A stretch of DNA of 64,000 nucleotides. Origin: an uncultured delta proteobacterium (GTDB lineage: Bacteria; Myxococcota_A; Polyangia; Polyangiales; B10-G4). Of the stretch, positions 36,922 to 47,915 are shown piece after piece. Below the pieces are notes generated by a model. The model made no database searches and was not told the origin of the DNA. It worked only from the letters and a program-made list of their open reading frames with translations. The stretch's first letter is position 1; each line of letters starts with the position of its first letter. The DNA is taken from the NCBI GenBank assembly GCA_963727445.1, contig CAVSGI010000006.1, positions 160,001 through 224,000 of the forward strand. The letters run 5' to 3'. The translations under genes were made by a program, and so were the position numbers.

Positions 36922-39531
36922 GCGGCCTTCCTCTTGTTTCCGTTCTTTCGGCCGGGTGTCCAGCGCCGCTTGCGCGGCTCTTCGGGTGGCTCGCTCCAGC
37001 GGCTCGGGCGAGCAATCTTGGCGGCCGCGGCCTTGGCGGCGGCGTCGTCGGGGAGGCGGAGGAGCAGCACCGAGAGGAGGTAGAGCACCAGCGCCGCGAA
37101 GAAGAGCCAGACCGACAGCGGCGTCGGGACAGCCTCGGGACGAACGTCGGTGAAGGCCGCACCCAGGTCGGCGAGGACGCTGCCGCCGCCGACCTCCGCG
37201 AGGCGGGCGAGCACCGGCTCGTCGTGCCCGAAGCGCGCGAGCTCGGCGGGGTAGCTGCGGTCGACGGCGACGGCCGCGGTGGGCTCGGGATCCTCGGGCA
37301 TGCGCCCGGTGACCAGGAAGCCGTCAGCCGTGTCGAGCTCCGCGGCGAAGAGGCCAGGGCCGATGAGCTCGAGGGGAACCTCCTCGCCCGGCGCGTCGAC
37401 GGCCACCGGAGCGCCCGCCCGATGCAGCCGCACCACCGGCGTGGGCAGCGAGTGGATGGTGGGCGCCACCGCGACCACGCGCACGCGGCTCGCGGCGCCG
37501 GCGATGGGATCGACACGAAGCTCGAGGGGCTCGACCGTGCGAGAGCGCATCAGCGACCAGGCGAGCTGCGACCAGAAGGTGTGGAAGATCTCGATCGCCA
37601 CGCCACGCGTCGGCCCAGCCGCTGGTGGTCGCCGAGGTGAAGCTCGCGACCTGGCCCACGCCTCGATACCAATGCGCGAGGAGCGGCTCGCCGTGATCCG
37701 ACTCGAGGAGGGTGGATGCTTCGGGCCGGGTGGACGCGAGCGCGTAGCCGCTGAGCGGCGGCGCCGCGGAGAAGTCGATGCCTTCGAGGGAGCGATGCGG
37801 CATGACGACGCGTGGAACGATCCGGCCGGTGCGGTGCGCCGGCGGCTGGCGAAACTGCGCCTCGCGCACGAAGAGGGCCGGCAGCGATCCGGGGTTGGTG
37901 GTGACGTGGTAACGCCCGCGCCCGACGCGGGCGATCTCCGCCATGAGCTGCGAGCGCGGGCCGATGGTGATGGCGGAGATGCTGACGCCGCGGTTGGCGA
38001 GCCCCTGCGCCTGGGCGATCGCCGAGGCGTAGTCCGACTCGCCGTCGCTGAGCAGGATGACGTGGTGGATGTAGCGCGGGTCGTTGCTCATGACGGCGCC
38101 CGCCGCCCCGAGCGCCGCCGCGATGTTGGTGCCGCCGCCTGCGTCGATGCGCGAGATGAAGCCGCGCAGCGCTTCGCGCTGATCCTCCTCGGCCATCGGC
38201 ACCGGCGCCATCACGCGGTCGGCGCCGCCGGAGAAGGCGACCACGCCGGCGAGGGCGTCCTCTCGGAGGGCGTTCACCGCGGCCACGCTCGCGGCGCGCG
38301 CCATCGAGAGCTTCTGCCCCTGCATCGAGCCGCTGCGGTCGACGACGAGCACCAGCTCGAGGGGGCGCGGCTCGGGGATCGCGGGAGCGGGGCGGATCGG
38401 CTCGATCTCGCGGAAGGTCTCGGGCGAGCGCTTCACCGGGTGGCCGCCGGTGATGGTGACGAGGCCCCCGCCCAGCTCCTCCACGAAGCGGCGGATGGCT
38501 ACCTGCTGCGATTCGGAGAGCGCTTCGGGGTCGACTTCGTCGACCACGACCAGACCGTAGCGATCGAGCTCGGCGACGGTCCCTGGGGCCTGTTCGACCG
38601 GGCGTGAGTCCACCTCGAGCTCGGCGTCCTCGAGCACGCTCACCAGGGGTGACGTGGCGACGTCGTCGTCGTGCAGGTGGAGCACCCGCGGGCGGGCGAG
38701 GACGCGCACCAGGGTGGTGATGCGGTCGTTCTGCGCGACGATGTCGCCGGGCGCGTCGGCTTCAATCTCGAGGGTGTGGATCCCCTCGTCCTCCGGGAAG
38801 GGGACGGAGATCGAGCCGCGCCCATCGCCGGCGCGCACACTCGCCTCGGAGGTCGCCACCTCTTCGCCGTCGACTCGCGCCGTGAGCGCGACGGTGGCGT
38901 CGCGCCCCGCGCTGAGGCCGACCTCCACCTCGAGGGTCTCGCCGGCCCGCACCAGGCGTGGCGCGTCGATGCTCGACAGCGCCACCGCGTCGATGGGCGG
39001 CGTGCTCCCCATCGGCATGACGTCCACCCGAACGCCGCGCTGGTGTGCGTCACGCACGGCGGCGAGCACGTCGTCGCCCGCGTCGCGTCCGTCGGTGGCC
39101 AGCACCATGCGCCGCACGTGGTCGCGGGGGAGGGTGGCGGTCGCGGTCGCGATGTCGCGGGCGAGGGTCGAGACGCCGGGATCGCCGGGCGGCGGGAGCA
39201 GCCCTCCCGGGTCCGCCACGCGCGCCTGGCGAACGTCGGCTCGCGTCTGCGCGAGGCCGTCGAGGTTGGCGGCGAGGGTGGCGCGCTCGGCGTCGGCGAT
39301 GGAGGCGCTCGAATCGAAGACAGTCGTCACCGCCAGGTCGTCGGTGGGCAGGCCGACACGCACGTCGGCGATGGCCAGGACCACAAGCGCTACGGCGAGG
39401 GCGCGGAAGGTGACGACGACGGCGCGGCGCCCGGGGGAGAGCAGGTATTGGCTCTTGCGTGCGAGGAGCAGGACCAGCGGGACCAGCAACAGGCCCCAGA
39501 GCGCGAGCGCGAAGCCGACCTCGACGCTCAT
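36918..39531 (-). CDS. Membrane protein with vWA and glutamine-amidotransferase-like domains (frameshift near 37595)
   Basis: N-terminal TMs; FVEELGGGLV; MIDAS VVDRSGSM, GGTNI, ILLSDG; PLLAHWYRGVGQV; C-terminal TM in the shifted frame; ATGA overlaps on both sides. Confidence 0.85.
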
Positions 39532-41303
39532 CCGAGGGTCCCCCGGTTCAACAGCCACCACTCGACGAGGAAGACGGCGAGCAGGAAGAGCGCGAGGATC
39601 ACCGCCAGCGGTGGCATGCGACTGAGCGCCGCCTCGGAGGGGACCAGGAGCGGCGCGGGGATGGGGCCGGCGACCTCGGCGCCGCTCACCGCGATGGCGC
39701 GTTCGTCCACGTGGTAGATGCCCGCCTCTTGGGTGTCGAAGAGATAGCCGACCTCGGTCTCGGCCGCTTCGCCGTCCGGCCCCAACACAGCCACCTCGCC
39801 GGGAACCTCGAGGATGCTCCCCGGCGTTTCGGACAACACCGTGTCCGTCTTGTAGGCCGAGAGCCAACGAAGCGCGTGGTGCACCATCAGCGGGAAGGCG
39901 ATGCGCTCGCCGAGATCCGTCTCGGAGAGGTCGAAGCCGAGCACCATCGCCCGCCGTCCGCCCCGTTCCCGCGCGGCGATCAAGGCCGCGTCGCCGCTGC
40001 GCGCGAGCACCTGATCCGAAGGCTCGACCCGGACCTCTCGCGCGCGCTGGATGCGCACGGCGTCGAGTCGAACGCCGCCCAGCGCGTCGTGGCCCGAGAG
40101 GGTCGCGGTGATCCGCGGATCGTCGATCTCGTCGCCGAGCTCGAGGCCGGCCGCGCTCGCGCCGATGGCCAGCAGGCCCGCGTGCTCGAGGCCCGCGGGC
40201 GCGTCGACTCCGTCGAAGATGACGACGTCGTGATCCGCGCTCTGGGCCTCGGAGGCCGAGCTGGCGCGCGTGAGCTCCACGCCGCTATGCGCCTCGAGGA
40301 CGCCGACCAAGAACGGGTTGCCCTCGCCCACGAGGAGCACGCGCGTGCGCTGCAGCGGGGGCGCCACGGCGTAGGCGACGTCGTCGGCGGCGAAGGTGTC
40401 TTCGCTGCCCGCGATCTGGATGTCTTCGAGGGTCGCCGTGAGCTCGCCCTGCGCGCTCGAGAAGCCCTGAGCGTCGAAGGTCGCCGTCTCGCCCGCGGCG
40501 ATGCGGAAGGGCTGGTCGAAGATGGTCACGTCGCGGTCGCGCACCGTCAGGCGCGCGCGCCCTTCGCGCGAGGTGAAGGAGCGAACCTCGGCGTGCACCG
40601 CGTACTCGCCGACCGCGACCGGATCGCGTCGCGCGCTCAGCTCGGTGATGCCGAGGGAGTCGACGATGGCGCCGACCGGCACCAGGACCATGGGCGCGTT
40701 GGTGCGCTCCTCCGGCGCCTGATCGCCAATCACCAGGATCTGACCGCCACCTCCGCTCTGGGCCACGATGGCGTCGGCGAGCGCCACCGCGCCGCGGAGA
40801 TCCGCCGGGCCGTCGTCGGCGTCGAGGTCCTCGAGGATCGCGTCGGGCTGGGGATCGTCGATGAGAGAGCTCAGGATGGTGGGCCGAACGCCCGCGCGGA
40901 TCACCGCGACCTGCCCCGTGCCCGAGGCGCGCTCGATCCAGGTGCGGGCCTCGTCCGCAGCGCGCTCGATGCGGAGCCGACCGCCGTCGTCGGCGCCCAT
41001 GGAAACGCCGGCCGCGATCACCACCACCGTGTTGCCGCGGACGCCCTGGCCGAAGCGGGGGCCGCCGATCTCCGTGGTGAGCAGGAGCGCCACCAGGAGC
41101 GTGAGCAAGAGCGAGATCAAGGGCACCTTCGTCGACGAGAGCACCCGCGGCTTCGCGCGCTGCATGGCCTCGAGCCAGAACGCGACGTTCGAGACGGGGG
41201 TGATCCGGGGCGTGCGCCTCAGAAGGTAGAGCAGCAGCACCACGATCGCCGTGCCAGCGAGCGCGGCCACCACCGCCCAGAGGGGGAGGGCGGCGAAGCT
41301 CAT
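39528..41303 (-). CDS. BatA-like / degenerate vWA membrane protein
   Basis: LLYLLRR.PRITPVSNVAFW N-terminus; VVIAAGVSM in place of DxSxS; C-terminal TM ending VEWWL. Confidence 0.8.
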   Translation of the reverse strand: MSFAALPLWAVVAALAGTAIVVLLLYLLRRTPRITPVSNVAFWLEAMQRAKPRVLSSTKVPLISLLLTLLVALLLTTEIGGPRFGQGVRGNTVVVIAAGVSMGADDGGRLRIERAADEARTWIERASGTGQVAVIRAGVRPTILSSLIDDPQPDAILEDLDADDGPADLRGAVALADAIVAQSGGGGQILVIGDQAPEERTNAPMVLVPVGAIVDSLGITELSARRDPVAVGEYAVHAEVRSFTSREGRARLTVRDRDVTIFDQPFRIAAGETATFDAQGFSSAQGELTATLEDIQIAGSEDTFAADDVAYAVAPPLQRTRVLLVGEGNPFLVGVLEAHSGVELTRASSASEAQSADHDVVIFDGVDAPAGLEHAGLLAIGASAAGLELGDEIDDPRITATLSGHDALGGVRLDAVRIQRAREVRVEPSDQVLARSGDAALIAARERGGRRAMVLGFDLSETDLGERIAFPLMVHHALRWLSAYKTDTVLSETPGSILEVPGEVAVLGPDGEAAETEVGYLFDTQEAGIYHVDERAIAVSGAEVAGPIPAPLLVPSEAALSRMPPLAVILALFLLAVFLVEWWLLNRGTLG

Positions 41304-42203
41304 CGCGCGCTCCCCGCTCTGGCCAGGCGCGCACGAGAAGACTGAGCCTCGAGCGCCGCGCGCACCAGCTTGTCGCTGGGAAGGTCCACCGGCACCTCGA
41401 CGAACTTGCCGCCGGCGCGCACCGCGGCCTTTCGGCACGCTTCGACGTGCTCCCGGATCACCTGCGCGTAGGCGCGGAGCAGCTCCTTGCTGACGCGCAG
41501 GCGCAGGCGCTCGCCGTTTTCGGAGTCGACGAGCTCCACCTCGCCGCGAAGCCTGGGCGCGTCGTCCTGCTCACAGCCGACCCGCACGACGTGGAGCTGA
41601 TGGCCGAGGGCGCCGAGGAGCTTGAAGCTGTCCTCCCAGCCTTCGGGCGCCATCAGGTCGGTGACGACGATCACCAGGCCGCGGGTGGGGAAGCGGCTGG
41701 CGAAGGTGTGGGTGGTCTCGACGAAGCTCGTCTCGCCGCCCTCTTCCATGTTCTCGATGAAGCTCTCGAGGGTCGGCAGCTGCCCGCGGTGACGGAGGAT
41801 CGGTGAAGGCTGGCCCGCGTCCGAGTTGAAGGGGACGACGTGCACCGTGTCGAACTGCTTCATCCCGAGATACGAAAACGATGCGACCAGGCGTCGCGCG
41901 ACGTCGAATCTTCGGCGGCTTGCCCTGGAGCATCGAGGACGACATGTCGACGAGCACGTAGACGCGCGCGTCCCGCTCCTCTTCGAAGAGGCGAATCGAG
42001 AGCTGGCCATGCCGGACGAAGGCCTTCCAGTCGATGCGCCGGAAGTCGTCGCCGGGGACGTAGTGGCGGTGATCGGCGAACTCGAGGCCGCTCGCCAGAA
42101 TGGGCGAGCGGTGACCCCCCTGCCGAGCTGCCGTCGCCTGCGGGCGAACCGGAAGCCGGAGCCGGTCGAGGAGCCGGCGAGTCGCTCGGTCCAGAAGCTT
42201 CAA
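41300..42203 (-). CDS. DUF58 vWA-like protein (frameshift near 41908)
   Basis: GLEFADHRHYVPGDDFRRIDWK, FEEE, LVDMSSSM, VVTDL, LVDSENGE; start uncertain. Confidence 0.88.
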
Positions 42204-42347
42204 GACGAACCAGAAGGCTGTGAGAGCTGGAGGCGCAGCGGCACCAGAGGTCGACTGAGTCGACCGGCGGGGTCGTGGAGCCGGAGGCTCTCGCAGCTGG
42301 GAGTGCTCATCCCGCCTCCGTCCTCACCGCGTCTTCGCGAGCGCCCA

Positions 42348-43355
42348 TCACTTCTTGGGGCGGGGGATCTCGTGGAGGATCTGCTCGAGGAGCGAGTCGC
42401 TGGTGGCGTCGTCGGCGATGCCGTCGAAGTTGATGATCATGCGGTGGCGCAGGCACGGGAACGCGGCCCGCTGGATGTCCTCGATGGCGACGTTCATCCG
42501 CCCGTCGAGGAGGGCGAAGAACTTGGCGACCAGGATCACCGACTGAGCGGCGCGGGGGCTCGCGCCGCACTTCACGTAGCGTCTCACCGCGGCGGGCGCC
42601 TTGCCCGCTTCGGGATGGGTCGCGAAGACCAGGCTCACGGCGTAGCGCGCGATGAAGTCGGCGACGGGCATCTGGCGGATCACCTTGCCGGCCTCGAGGA
42701 TGTCCTGACCGGTGGCGACCGGCTTGATCTCGGCTTCTTCCGAGCCGGTGGTGCGGGCGACGATGTCGAGCACCTCCTCCTCCGTGGGGAAACGGATCAG
42801 GAGCTTCATCAGGAAGCGGTCGAGCTGCGCTTCGGGCAGAGGGTAGGTGCCCTCCTGGTCGATGGGGTTCTGCGTGGCGACGACGAAGTACGGCGAGTCG
42901 AGGCGGTAGGTCTCGTTGCCCAGGCTGACCTGGCGCTCCTGCATCGCTTCGAGGAGGGCGGCCTGGGTCTTGGGGGAGGCGCGGTTGATCTCGTCGGCCA
43001 GGATGACGTTCGCGAAGAGGGGGCCCTTCTGCAGCGTCATCTGGGGCCGACCGTTGGCGTCGACCTGCACCATGTGAGTGCCCAGGATGTCGGCCGGCAT
43101 CAGGTCGGGGGTGAACTGGATGCGCGAGAACTTCAGGTGGACGACGTCCGCCAGGGTCTTGGCGAGGAGGGTCTTGCCGATGCCGGGGACACCCTCCATC
43201 AGCACGTTGCCGCCCGTCAGGAGCCCTGCGGTCAGCCCGGCCACCGCCTCCTGCTGGCCCACGACGCGACGCCCCACCTCGTTGGTGAGGCGTTGGCACA
43301 GCGCGCGCACGTCGTCGAAGGGGTTCAAGTGTCGGACCGCATTCCCGTCAGCCAT
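42348..43355 (-). CDS. moxR: MoxR-family AAA+ ATPase
   Basis: GVPGIGKT, RIQFTPDLMPADI, ILADEINR, ATQNP, YPLPEAQLDRF, GASPRA. Confidence 0.96.
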   Translation of the reverse strand: MADGNAVRHLNPFDDVRALCQRLTNEVGRRVVGQQEAVAGLTAGLLTGGNVLMEGVPGIGKTLLAKTLADVVHLKFSRIQFTPDLMPADILGTHMVQVDANGRPQMTLQKGPLFANVILADEINRASPKTQAALLEAMQERQVSLGNETYRLDSPYFVVATQNPIDQEGTYPLPEAQLDRFLMKLLIRFPTEEEVLDIVARTTGSEEAEIKPVATGQDILEAGKVIRQMPVADFIARYAVSLVFATHPEAGKAPAAVRRYVKCGASPRAAQSVILVAKFFALLDGRMNVAIEDIQRAAFPCLRHRMIINFDGIADDATSDSLLEQILHEIPRPKK

Positions 43356-45861
43356 CAGCGATTGTCCTCTCCCTGGGCCGCGCCGTCACGGTTGTTCTGC
43401 GCGCGTCCCAAACTCTCCATGTAGCGGCGTACGAAGGCGCGAAGCGAGGCAGGAACGTCCTCTTCGCGGCCCACGCCGGGTGCCAACTCACCCGAGCCCT
43501 CCACCAGGCTTCCATTGCCTTGCGGTGAGCCGAAACCGACTCCGTCCATGCGGAAGTTGCCGCTGCCCTGGCCGAAGCCCATGCCGGGCAGCAGGCCGTT
43601 GTTGCGGGTCTGATCGTTGGCTTGTGCCTGTTGGCCGGGGCGGGTGCCGGGATCGACGTGCTGGGCCTGACTGACGGGATCGTTGCCGCCGTTGCCCATC
43701 GGGTTGCCGCCGCTGCCGCTGCCCCAGCTCTGACTCGGGCCACCCGACTGTCCGTTGGCCTGACCGCCTTGTCCCTGTCCCTGACCCTGGCCTTGTCCCT
43801 GACCCTGGCCTTGACCCTGTCCCTGACCCTGGCCTTGTCCCTGACCCTGGCCTTGTCCCTGTCCTTGACCCTGGCCTTGTCCCTGACCCTGGCCTTGTCC
43901 CTGTCCTTGACCCTGGCCTTGTCCTTGTCCTTGTCCCTGGCCTTGTCCCTGTCCTTGGCCTTGTCCCTGGCCTTGGCCTTGGCCTTGTCCTCTGTGCCCT
44001 GGCCCTGGCCTTGTCCCTGGCCTTGGCCTTGTCCCTGACCCTGGCCTTGTCCCTGACCCTGGCCTTGTCCCTGACCCTGGCCTTGTCCCTGACCCTGGCC
44101 TTGTCCCTGACCCTGGCCTTGTCCCTGACCCTGGCCTTGTCCCTGACCCTGGCCTTGTCCCTGACCCTGGCCCTGCTGACCCTGGCCCTGCTGACCCTGG
44201 CCCTGCTGGCCTTGTCCCTGCTGGCCTTGTCCCTGCTGGCCTTGTCCCTGCTGGCCTTGTCCCTGCTGACCCTGACCCTGCTGACCCTGGCCCTGCTGAC
44301 CTTGTCCCTGCTGACCCTGGCCCTGCTGGCCTTGTCCCTGCTGACCCTGGCCCTGCTGACCCTGGCCCTGCTGACCCTGGCCCTGCTGACCTTGTCCCTG
44401 CTGACCTTGTCCCTGATTGCGCGCGAGCTGCTCGCTCGCCTCGCGCCGGGCGGCGACCTGATCGTGAAGCTCATCGAGGCGCTGGCGTGCCTGCGAGAAC
44501 GCCTCCGGCTCGGCGAGGCCCTCCTCCTGGAGCGCTTGGCGCGCCTGTTCGAGCGCCTGGTCCATGCCGGCGGCATCTCCGCGCTGTCGCGCGGCCTCTG
44601 CCTGCCGTAGCGCTTCCGCCGTGCGCGGTGCGTGCTCGGCGATGCGCTGCGAAGCCTGCGTCAGGCCCTGGCCGACCTCTTCGCCGGGCGTGCCCTCGCT
44701 CGCGTCGGTCTGCTCGTGCTCACCGATGGCGCGATCGAGGCGGGCGACCGAATCGGTGAGCGCCGCCTGCTGCTGCTCCGGCGTTCGGGGCAGGTCGTTG
44801 AGCTCTTCGGGCTCGAAGCCGCGACGCTCGTTCCACGACTGCTCCTGCTCGGCGAGCGCGAGCGCTTCGCGCTGCGCGTCCTGCGCTTCGCGGCGCAGCC
44901 GCTCGAGCTCCTCCCGGCTCTCGTTTCGCTCGACCGCCTGCTGCCACTCGCGCAAAGCTTCCTGCGCTTGCTGCCAGCGGTTCAACAGGCGCGGCGACGC
45001 GGTGGGCGGCGGCTCTTCCTCCACCGAGCGCGGCGTCTGTTGCTGCGCTTGCTGTCGTTGCTGGCGCGCGAGCTCTTCGGCTTGTTGTCCCTGCTGCTCG
45101 CGCTCCTCCTCTGGCGTCTGCCCGGCCGCACGCTCCAGAGCGGCCGCCGCTTCGGCGAAGGCGGTCGCGCGCTCGTCCCGTAGCTCGTCGCGCTGCGACT
45201 CGAGCTCGTGCTCGAGGGCGTTGATCTCGGAGTCGAGCCGCCGGTCGGGGTCCCCGTCGAGCGCTTCGCGCAACGCACGTGCGCGATCCGCGATCTCCTC
45301 TGCGCTTCGTGGATCCTCGTGACCGGGCGCTTCGTCAATCGCGAGCCAACGACCGACGTGTGGCGCGAGCCACGGCACGGGGGCGGAGAGGATGGCGACG
45401 AGGATCGCCGCGTAGGAGACCTTCCGCGACCAGAACATCGGCCGCGGCGGCGCACCGACCTTGCCCTTGGTCGCGAGGAACTCGCCCGCCTCCTCGATCT
45501 GCATCTTCTCGATCGCGCCGACTTCGGCCGACTCCACAAAGGAGAGCGCGGTCGCGAAGCGATCCTTCCCGTCGGTGACGCCGTCGAGGAGCATCGCCGC
45601 CGAGAGCGTGGTGGCGCGTCTCTTGGCGTAGACGAAGAAGGCCGCGAGAGGCGCCGCCACCGCAGCGACGATGGCGGCACCGAAGAGGCCCTTGCCCGCG
45701 ACCCACAAGCCAGCCGCGGTGGGCAACCCGACGATGGCACCGACCAGGACGCCGGTGAGGAGCGCGTCCACGAAGATCCACCCGTCGTAGCTGCGCCTCA
45801 TACGCGCGATGGCGCGAACGACGCTGGTGGGGAGCTCCTGCTTACCTGCCACTATCGGCAT
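43355..45861 (-). CDS. Membrane-anchored coiled-coil protein with long Gly/Gln tract (DUF4175-like; frameshift near 43992)
   Basis: Three N-terminal TMs, DRFATAL motif, Q/E/A coiled coil, GQ tract, C-terminal EDVPASLRAFVRRYMESL; the corrected stop overlaps the moxR start (TGATG). Confidence 0.82.
43768..44415 (-). repeat. Coding tandem repeat: ~17 x 15-bp (QGQGQ) followed by ~65 x 6-bp (GQ)
   Basis: CCCTGCTGACCCTGG-type and CCTTGTCCCTGACCCTGG-type units visible directly; counts are approximate. Confidence 0.95.
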
Positions 45862-45902
45862 AGTAGACGCTCGATGCCCCCGAAAGTTTCCCTCGCCGAA
45901 GT

Positions 45903-45941
45903 AAAAAAGGGGTGAACGGCGTCCCGCGATCCGTTCACCCC
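45903..45941 (-). terminator. Intrinsic terminator after the DUF2914 gene
   Basis: 11-bp stem GGGGTGAACGG/CCGTTCACCCC with T6 on the minus strand. Confidence 0.85.
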
Positions 45942-45951
45942 TCTGACACGC

Positions 45952-46543
45952 TCAGGACTCGGTGATCTCGAAGGAAACGCGCCCGATCACGGCCCCTTCG
46001 TCGGTCTCGACGACGGCTTCCCACCGGCCCGGCTCGGTGATCATTCGCGACAGAGCCCAGGTTCGCCATCGGGGGGCCTCGCTGGGGACGTCGAGGTCGA
46101 CCAGGCCCATCTGCTCACCCGTGGGCGACTCGAAGATGACCCGCACCGAGCGATCTTCGTCTGTCGCGTTGGCCACGTCGACGAAGGCGAAGAGCGGCGC
46201 CTCTTCGTTGACAAAGGCCTGGGCCGGATCGACCGGCTCGCGGTTTTGGACCGCGCGACTCAGCGCGAAGCGGCGCAGCGTGAGCCCATCTTCGGAGTAG
46301 AGCTCCGGGGCTGGCGGGGTCAGCGAGTCCGCGTCTTCGACGATGGGCTCTGTCACCTCGGCAATCGGGGCCGGGGCGGGCGGAGGCGACGTGGGCTCCT
46401 CCAGAACGAGGGGAAGGGAGGGCTCGCTCGAGGAGGGGAGCTGAGCGCTCGCGGTGGGCTCGGGGGTGCTGCTGCGTTCCCCGCAACCGAGCGCGGTGAG
46501 CGAGACCAGGAGGAATCGCGAGGGGGAGGGAGGGGTGCTTCAT
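45952..46543 (-). CDS. DUF2914-like lipoprotein (frameshift near 46515)
   Basis: Corrected N-terminus MKHPSLPLAILLVSLTALGC; C-terminal V.NREPV, RWRTW, PGRWEAVV. Confidence 0.75.
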
Positions 46544-46818
46544 GGGGACTCCGGGGTTGGGGTTTCGATCGGCCGAAAGGCCGACGCCCCCGAAATCGCA
46601 AGTCCCTCACCACCGAATGCACGCCGAAACATCGAATGATTTCGAGACCGACCGCCCGTCAGGCGTGTCCAGCTGCGCGCGCTCGTGTGGGTGGATGTAC
46701 GCGATCTTGGCGCCTCATCGGCTCCACTGGCGACCTTTCGCCCAGCCACCGGCAACTACAGGCGCCACCTCATTTCACACAAATACGGAAATACAAAGGT
46801 CCGTTGACGGCGAAATCC

Positions 46819-46834
46819 TGGCCCGGCGCGTGCA
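46819..46834 (+). promoter_or_regulatory. Putative sigma-54 (-24/-12) promoter
   Basis: TGGCCCGGCGCGTGCA: GG-N10-GC spacing, two mismatches to TGGCACG-N4-TTGCW, 40 nt upstream of ATG 46875. Confidence 0.4.
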
Positions 46835-46874
46835 TGTGTGCACGACACCTACACTCCTCGGAGGAAGACGAGTC

Positions 46875-47798
46875 ATGAAACGAAGTTACAGGCGGGGCCT
46901 GGGGATCTCCATCACCCCTCTCCTCATCGCCCTATCGATGATGGGTTGTTACGCGACTGTGGATCCGGTGGGGTCGAGCGAGGGGCCGCTCTTGGTGTGT
47001 GGCGCCAAGAGCGACTCCATCGAGACGGCCGCCGATGGAACCCCCATCGGCAGCCTCGACGTGTCCAACGATGACGACAGCGTCAACTTCTCGATCACGA
47101 CCACCACGCCGATCGTCGGGGTACGCCTCTATGCTGGCGCGCCGGTAGACGAAGGGGGTCCCATTCCCTTCGCAGATGGTGACCTGGTGCTGTCGAACGT
47201 CGACGAGAGCTTTCCGCCGACGACCTCGCGCAGCTACGACATTCCCTTCGCGGACCTGGCGCTCACCTGTACCTCGCATGTGAAGTTCGTCGTCAAGCTG
47301 ATCCTCGAAGACGGATCCGTCGCTTGGGCTTACAGCGACAACTCCGACTACATCTACTGGAACGGCGACATCCCCTGGGACATCTACCAGGCCTGTGAGG
47401 ACAGCTGCACCCCGCCCACCAGCAGCGGCTGCACCTACACCCAGGGATACTGGAAGAACCATCGGTCGGCGTGGCCCACGAGCTCCCTCGACCTCGGCGG
47501 CGTGACCTACGATCAGACGGAGCTCATTCGTCTGCTCAAGACCGCGCCCCGCGGAGACGAGAGCCTGATCCTGGCCCACCAGCTGATCGCGGCCAAGCTC
47601 AACGTCGGAGGACCGGCGAGCGATCCCGACGTCGGGGCGCTCATCGCGGCGGCTGATGCGTGGCTGGCGGACAACGCCGATGCCGACGGGCGCCTTCCCT
47701 TCGGGGGCGGCAGCGCGACGCGCAGCACCGCCATCCTGCTCGCGAGCCAGCTCGATGCGTTCAACAACGGAGTGACCGGCCCCGGCCACTGCGACTGA
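46875..47798 (+). CDS. Hypothetical lipoprotein with GCT.TQGYWKNH domain
   Basis: Lipobox MMGC, RBS GGAGG; C-terminal LAHQLIAAKLN ... LDAFNNG..GPGHCD. Confidence 0.75.
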   Translation: MKRSYRRGLGISITPLLIALSMMGCYATVDPVGSSEGPLLVCGAKSDSIETAADGTPIGSLDVSNDDDSVNFSITTTTPIVGVRLYAGAPVDEGGPIPFADGDLVLSNVDESFPPTTSRSYDIPFADLALTCTSHVKFVVKLILEDGSVAWAYSDNSDYIYWNGDIPWDIYQACEDSCTPPTSSGCTYTQGYWKNHRSAWPTSSLDLGGVTYDQTELIRLLKTAPRGDESLILAHQLIAAKLNVGGPASDPDVGALIAAADAWLADNADADGRLPFGGGSATRSTAILLASQLDAFNNGVTGPGHCD

Positions 47799-47819
47799 TC
47801 CGCTTCGACACCAAGAGGA

Positions 47820-47847
47820 ACGCCCGGACCGTCATCGGTCCGGGCGT
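47820..47847. terminator. Stem-loop after the lipoprotein gene
   Basis: 12-bp perfect stem ACGCCCGGACCG-TCAT-CGGTCCGGGCGT; weak T-tract. Confidence 0.6.
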
Positions 47848-47915
47848 CTTCGTTCCTGGACCCCGAAGCGGTGGGCGTGATGGAAGGCCGCGACTCAATC
47901 GCAAGAGGAGGAGTG

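Noticed and set aside
43348..43990. DKARVR/DKAKAR repeat C-terminus shown in the ORF track
   Set aside because: Out-of-frame reading of the GQ repeat after a 2-nt insertion near 43992; the corrected frame ends at the TGATG overlap with moxR.
43768..44415. Possible CRISPR array or non-coding satellite
   Set aside because: The units are contiguous 6/15/18-bp coding repeats with no unique spacers, and no cas genes are present.
46555..46610. c-di-GMP-I riboswitch at the GAAA-tetraloop hairpin (also considered at 7030-7045)
   Set aside because: The GGCAAAC / GACGCAAAGC core and second stem are absent.
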